This document shows positions 48,596-51,868 of a stretch of 51,868 nucleotides of DNA, piece by piece. Source of the stretch: Promethearchaeota archaeon (GTDB lineage: Archaea; Asgardarchaeota; Lokiarchaeia; Sigyniarchaeales; SOKP01). The translations under genes were made by a program, and so were the position numbers. The notes under the pieces are model-generated. The model was not told the origin of the DNA and made no database searches. It saw only the letters and a list, made by a program, of their open reading frames with translations. Numbering within the stretch: the first letter of the stretch is position 1; every line of letters begins with the position of its first letter. The stretch lies in the NCBI GenBank assembly GCA_019058015.1, contig JAHLWH010000122.1:1-51868 (forward strand). The letters are read 5' to 3'.

Positions 48596-49552
48596 TTATA
48601 ACTCTTTATTGTCTTCAGGCTCAGGCTTCTGACAGATCGCTAGATAAGAACCTCCCTCTACATAACACATCTCTAAACCCTCTCCTTCTAACTGACGGTC
48701 TATTTTTATAATATCTCTTGGCGAAAATTTCCTAGAGTCGAATACATCGATGGAATTAAGCCGCGGCACATCCTTTATCGGATGAATCCTGATTATGGGG
48801 TTATCATTGACTCTAACTTTATAAAGATTAATCAATTCGTCAATCCCTTTGAACTCGGTTATTTTATTTCTGGAAAGGTCAAGCTCAAATAGGGTTGTGA
48901 GATTTCCCAGCCCTTTGATTTCGGTAATATTATTATTTGACAAGTTAATTGTGTGAATGTTTTCGAGGTTGTTAAGTCCCTTGATCTCGGTTATTTGGTT
49001 ATTTTCTAAATATAAATCTCTTAGATTTTTGAGGGTATCTAATCCTTTAATCTCGGTTATTTGGTTATCAGATAATCTAAGGTAATCTAAATTAACTAAG
49101 TTATTTAGCCCTTTAATTTCTGAGATCTGGTTTTTATGCAATCTTAAGATTACTAAATTGTGGAGATCTTCCAAACCCTCAACTTCTTTTATATGATTAC
49201 CGGCTAGATCAAGGTCAGTTAATCTTTTAAGATTTTCAAGGCCTTCTATTCTTTTTATGTTATCGCTATTCATACTTAATTGTTGGAGCTTCTTGAGTGA
49301 ATCTACCCACTTCAAATCATGAATATGTGTTCCTGAAAGGGAGAATTTCGAAAGATGAGTAAAATTAGAAAATACAGATGGATTGGTAATATCTATGTTC
49401 GATATATATAAAGTCATTACCCTTCCTTGCCAATCCAAAAAAAAACTTAAAAAACTTCTCTTATAATTGTAATCCTCTGTAATATCGTAGAGTATTTTTC
49501 TTTCATAATCATCAGAAATTCTATTGATTTCTTTAATTATCTTTTCTCTCAC
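48596..49552 (-). CDS. Leucine-rich repeat protein (22-aa SDS22-type repeats)
   Basis: About 8 repeats of LxxLxLxxNxIxEIKGLxxLxN. Confidence 0.9.
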   Translation of the reverse strand: MREKIIKEINRISDDYERKILYDITEDYNYKRSFLSFFLDWQGRVMTLYISNIDITNPSVFSNFTHLSKFSLSGTHIHDLKWVDSLKKLQQLSMNSDNIKRIEGLENLKRLTDLDLAGNHIKEVEGLEDLHNLVILRLHKNQISEIKGLNNLVNLDYLRLSDNQITEIKGLDTLKNLRDLYLENNQITEIKGLNNLENIHTINLSNNNITEIKGLGNLTTLFELDLSRNKITEFKGIDELINLYKVRVNDNPIIRIHPIKDVPRLNSIDVFDSRKFSPRDIIKIDRQLEGEGLEMCYVEGGSYLAICQKPEPEDNKEL

Positions 49553-49692
49553 CCGTATTTTTTTTTATTTTTTTTCTATTAATTTTTCTCCTTGAACTCT
49601 TTAATTCAAACCACTTTTTTTAAAAATTTCTTCTAATAGATAAAAAAACGTTTAAATATTTAAAATCTTACACGCTGTATGTTTTATAATTA

Positions 49693-50010
49693 TTATATAT
49701 CTGCGAACTCCCGAACGTTTGGGAACCAATGTGGTAAAACCAAGAAATCAGAGGTAAACCAAGGCTGAAACTTAATGTCTATTGTCTCGAAATTATAATC
49801 ATCCGGATTCCTAAACCAATCATCAATTACGGCAATATGTTCATCAATCATTATACTTAGAAAAATTGTAATCCCTATTTTGTCTATATCATGGACATCT
49901 TTCTTAATAATATAATAATCATACCACCAATCCCAAAGTTCTTTTTTAGCAGGGGACAACTCCTTCAGTGCGACCTCTTTATTGAAATAATCAATTGATA
50001 TTATCTTCAA
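49693..50010 (-). CDS. Hypothetical protein
   Basis: 105-aa ORF with protein-like composition; TTG start uncertain. Confidence 0.45.
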   Translation of the reverse strand: MKIISIDYFNKEVALKELSPAKKELWDWWYDYYIIKKDVHDIDKIGITIFLSIMIDEHIAVIDDWFRNPDDYNFETIDIKFQPWFTSDFLVLPHWFPNVREFADI

Positions 50011-50227
50011 AATCTTAGGACACGGAATAGGAATTGGCTCTTTAGGTTTGTTAAATTGGTTTCTTTATAAAGCTAGAACAAATAAGGTTAATTATGGGAA
50101 AGTAACTATTAATTTCAATAACTATGGCGAATTGGATGCAGAAACAATTGGATTTGCAATCGGTCTTATATTCTTAACGGGCTATTCAATTTGGGATATA
50201 ATTAAATATTTAAAAGAACATTATTAA
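49994..50227 (+). CDS. Small two-TM membrane protein lacking a canonical start (ATT start or 5'-truncated)
   Basis: IDIIFKILGHGIGIGSLGLLNWFLY..ETIGFAIGLIFLTGYSIWDIIKYLKEHY*; the stop is 3 bp before the next ATG. Confidence 0.4.
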   Translation: MDIIFKILGHGIGIGSLGLLNWFLYKARTNKVNYGKVTINFNNYGELDAETIGFAIGLIFLTGYSIWDIIKYLKEHY

Positions 50228-50230
50228 GAA

Positions 50231-50329
50231 ATGAAAACCAAATCTGAAAGGAAAATCGAGAAATTAAGAAAAGCGATAATGAAAGAACTCAAACATTATT
50301 TCAAAAAGAGAGAGAAAAATGATAGATAA
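50231..50329 (+). CDS. Tiny basic ORF (32 aa)
   Basis: MKTKSERKIEKLRKAIMKELKHYFKKREKNDR*; overlaps the next start. Confidence 0.4.
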   Translation: MKTKSERKIEKLRKAIMKELKHYFKKREKNDR

Positions 50330-50543
50330 AAAAATTCTTGATTGGAAAATAAAGACCAAAGAGTTTAAGGATAAAACAGATTATTTAGATGCAAAAAGTA
50401 AGGGGAAGGATTGTTCTAAATGTAATGGCATTGGAGTTATACAATTGAAAAGGGTTAAACCTAATGATCTATATATTACTCAAATATGCTCTAAATGTAA
50501 TGGAAACGGTTTTATAGAAAAAAAGAGAGAAAATGATAGATAA
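50319..50543 (+). CDS. Small Zn-finger protein (DnaJ-type CxxCxGxG, two copies)
   Basis: CSKCNGIG and CSKCNGNG. Confidence 0.7.
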   Translation: MIDKKILDWKIKTKEFKDKTDYLDAKSKGKDCSKCNGIGVIQLKRVKPNDLYITQICSKCNGNGFIEKKRENDR

Positions 50544-50739
50544 TTCAATAATGGTTAGGGCTTGTGTTTTGCAATGCAAAGAGTATGTAATTATCGACCC
50601 GATAGACCCGAATAATCAAGATTTGATTAATATGTTTGAAATGAAACATTTTGGACATCCACTCGCCACAATTCCACTTTCAGAAGTTGAGGGCTATTGC
50701 AAGAATGTAGAAAATGAATTATTCACTTCAATTTATTAA
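50533..50739 (+). CDS. Small putative metal-binding protein (CxxxC...HxxH)
   Basis: ACVLQCKEY..FEMKHFGHP. Confidence 0.65.
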   Translation: MIDNSIMVRACVLQCKEYVIIDPIDPNNQDLINMFEMKHFGHPLATIPLSEVEGYCKNVENELFTSIY

Positions 50740-50818
50740 CCCAAAAAATTAAATATTTCGACAATATTATTATTTGTGGGATAAAATATGAGTAAAACTT
50801 AAAAATCTCGATTTTTAA

Positions 50819-51037
50819 ATGAATGCAAATAATTTAAAATATAATAAACAAATTAATCTAAGTTTTAGAACTTACAACATAATTCCAAATATAAGGAAAT
50901 TATCTGGAAAAATATATCCAGAGTTCGAAAATGCAATAAAATATCTTTCTAATAAGGAACTAAGCGAAATCAATAGTTTCTTAATGGAAATGAAATATAA
51001 AATAGATAAATTAGAGGAAATTCAAAACAAAAAATAA
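50819..51037 (+). CDS. Hypothetical protein
   Basis: 72-aa ORF; no recognised motif. Confidence 0.45.
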   Translation: MNANNLKYNKQINLSFRTYNIIPNIRKLSGKIYPEFENAIKYLSNKELSEINSFLMEMKYKIDKLEEIQNKK

Positions 51038-51310
51038 AATTAAAAAGAGATTGATTAAAAATAATTAAAATAAAGAAAAAACAACTAATTAAGATAATTG
51101 AAATAACTTTGGTTTGTGCTGTAGTATATATTATTGTTAGAATATTGTTCACAATATTGTTCAGATTGTTGTCGGGAGTTTTATGAATTTTGTGGTGAAA
51201 AACAATATTAAAGTTTATTTTTTTCAATCCCTAAATCGTTTCGGTTTATAGGAATTAAAATAAAAATAAAAAGGGATTCCTGCTACTCTGGATTTTTGTC
51301 TTTTGGTTGG

Positions 51311-51868
51311 GTGCGACGTGATGTTATATGATTGAATGCGAGACCTTGATTAGAATCAAGAAATCGCCTTTTAAGTTGGATAAATGTGCCTACCTGAATG
51401 TGCGTTGTTGGCAACGACAAGGTGCAAAGCTTCAGGGACAATGTATTGACAGCGGAAACTACATTCTGGCTGCAAGCTAGGCAAGACCCCTATGGTAAAC
51501 GGAAGTGAACTTGCGATAAACCTCGTAAAAGCAAAGAGGCGAAAAGTAGTGATACGCCTTGCCAAAATGGCAACACTGTCTGTAGATATTACTCTAACCT
51601 TAATATCTATCTAACCGATGTACAGTCGGGGGAAAGCAAGTACCTAAGGGGGTTGATGAAAGTCGATCATGTGGAACACGGTAAACCCGATAAACCCCAT
51701 ACATGGATATACATGGAATGGTATCCCGACCGCGAGGAAGGGGGAAGGTTTAGCGGGCAAAGGAACTAAGAGGAAGCGAATGCCAATCTATATTGGATTG
51801 GATAGGGTCTACTATATTAAATTTATAGTAGTAGATACCCAACTCGAAAGGGTGCTGACTTCGAAAGT
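51311..51868 (+). mobile_element. Group II intron, 5' portion (domain I onward; IIB/CL-like), truncated by the window end
   Basis: Begins GTGCG(ACGTG) with an abrupt rise in GC and many hairpins. Motifs ggaacacggtaaaccc, cgaccgcgaggaagggg, aagcgaatgcc..ggatagg and actcgaaagggtgctgac are typical of CL-type introns. Loop CTAACC (51594-51599) pairs with flank GGTTGG (51305-51310). Confidence 0.85.

Noticed and set aside
50970-51227. 85-aa minus-strand ORF with a short aatattgttc repeat
   Set aside because: Low complexity and overlaps the 50819..51037 ORF; cannot be supported.
51371-51565. 64-aa minus-strand ORF
   Set aside because: Antisense to structured intron RNA; a by-product of the higher GC content.
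1-51868. tRNA/rRNA genes, integrases and IS transposases
   Set aside because: No cloverleaf or T-loop signature, rRNA-like tract, or recombinase/transposase motif was found by eye. tRNAscan-SE and HMM searches were not run.

Overview
AT-rich, gene-dense window with oligo-T gene ends and frequent TTG/GTG starts. It carries four paralogous long-chain acyl-CoA ligases, an ADP-forming acyl-CoA synthetase alpha subunit, an MNT-HEPN pair, an RHH protein and an SDS22-type LRR protein. This content is most consistent with an Asgard archaeon such as Lokiarchaeia (inference, not verified). (i) 1-8.9 kb is accessory: a secreted LVIVD protein, a redoxin-VWA fusion, an orphan PD-(D/E)XK nuclease with a 54-bp tandem repeat, and a 911-aa protein with a beta-pore-forming-toxin-like hairpin. 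(ii) 8.9-44 kb is mostly lipid and aromatic catabolism: Ltp4/Ltp3-like Cys-less thiolases with a tandem DUF35 protein, crotonase, SCP2, Fe-ADH, an FAD oxidoreductase with a 2Fe-2S reductase, acyl-CoA ligases and two GH3 enzymes. This cluster is interrupted by a 3.3-kb integrase-free cassette (ParB-HTH-DUF488 fusion, dual-OB-like protein, UPF0489) bracketed by a ~200-bp duplication of the crotonase 3' end. The cassette is the best candidate for an undescribed DNA-acting defence or repair system. (iii) feoA-feoB-DtxR-family regulator with a candidate operator. (iv) At the right end, an array of tiny MGE-like ORFs with repeated junctions, then the 5' part of a group II intron whose predicted EBS1/EBS2 loops pair with the upstream flank. 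All family calls are from motif recognition by eye; no searches were run.
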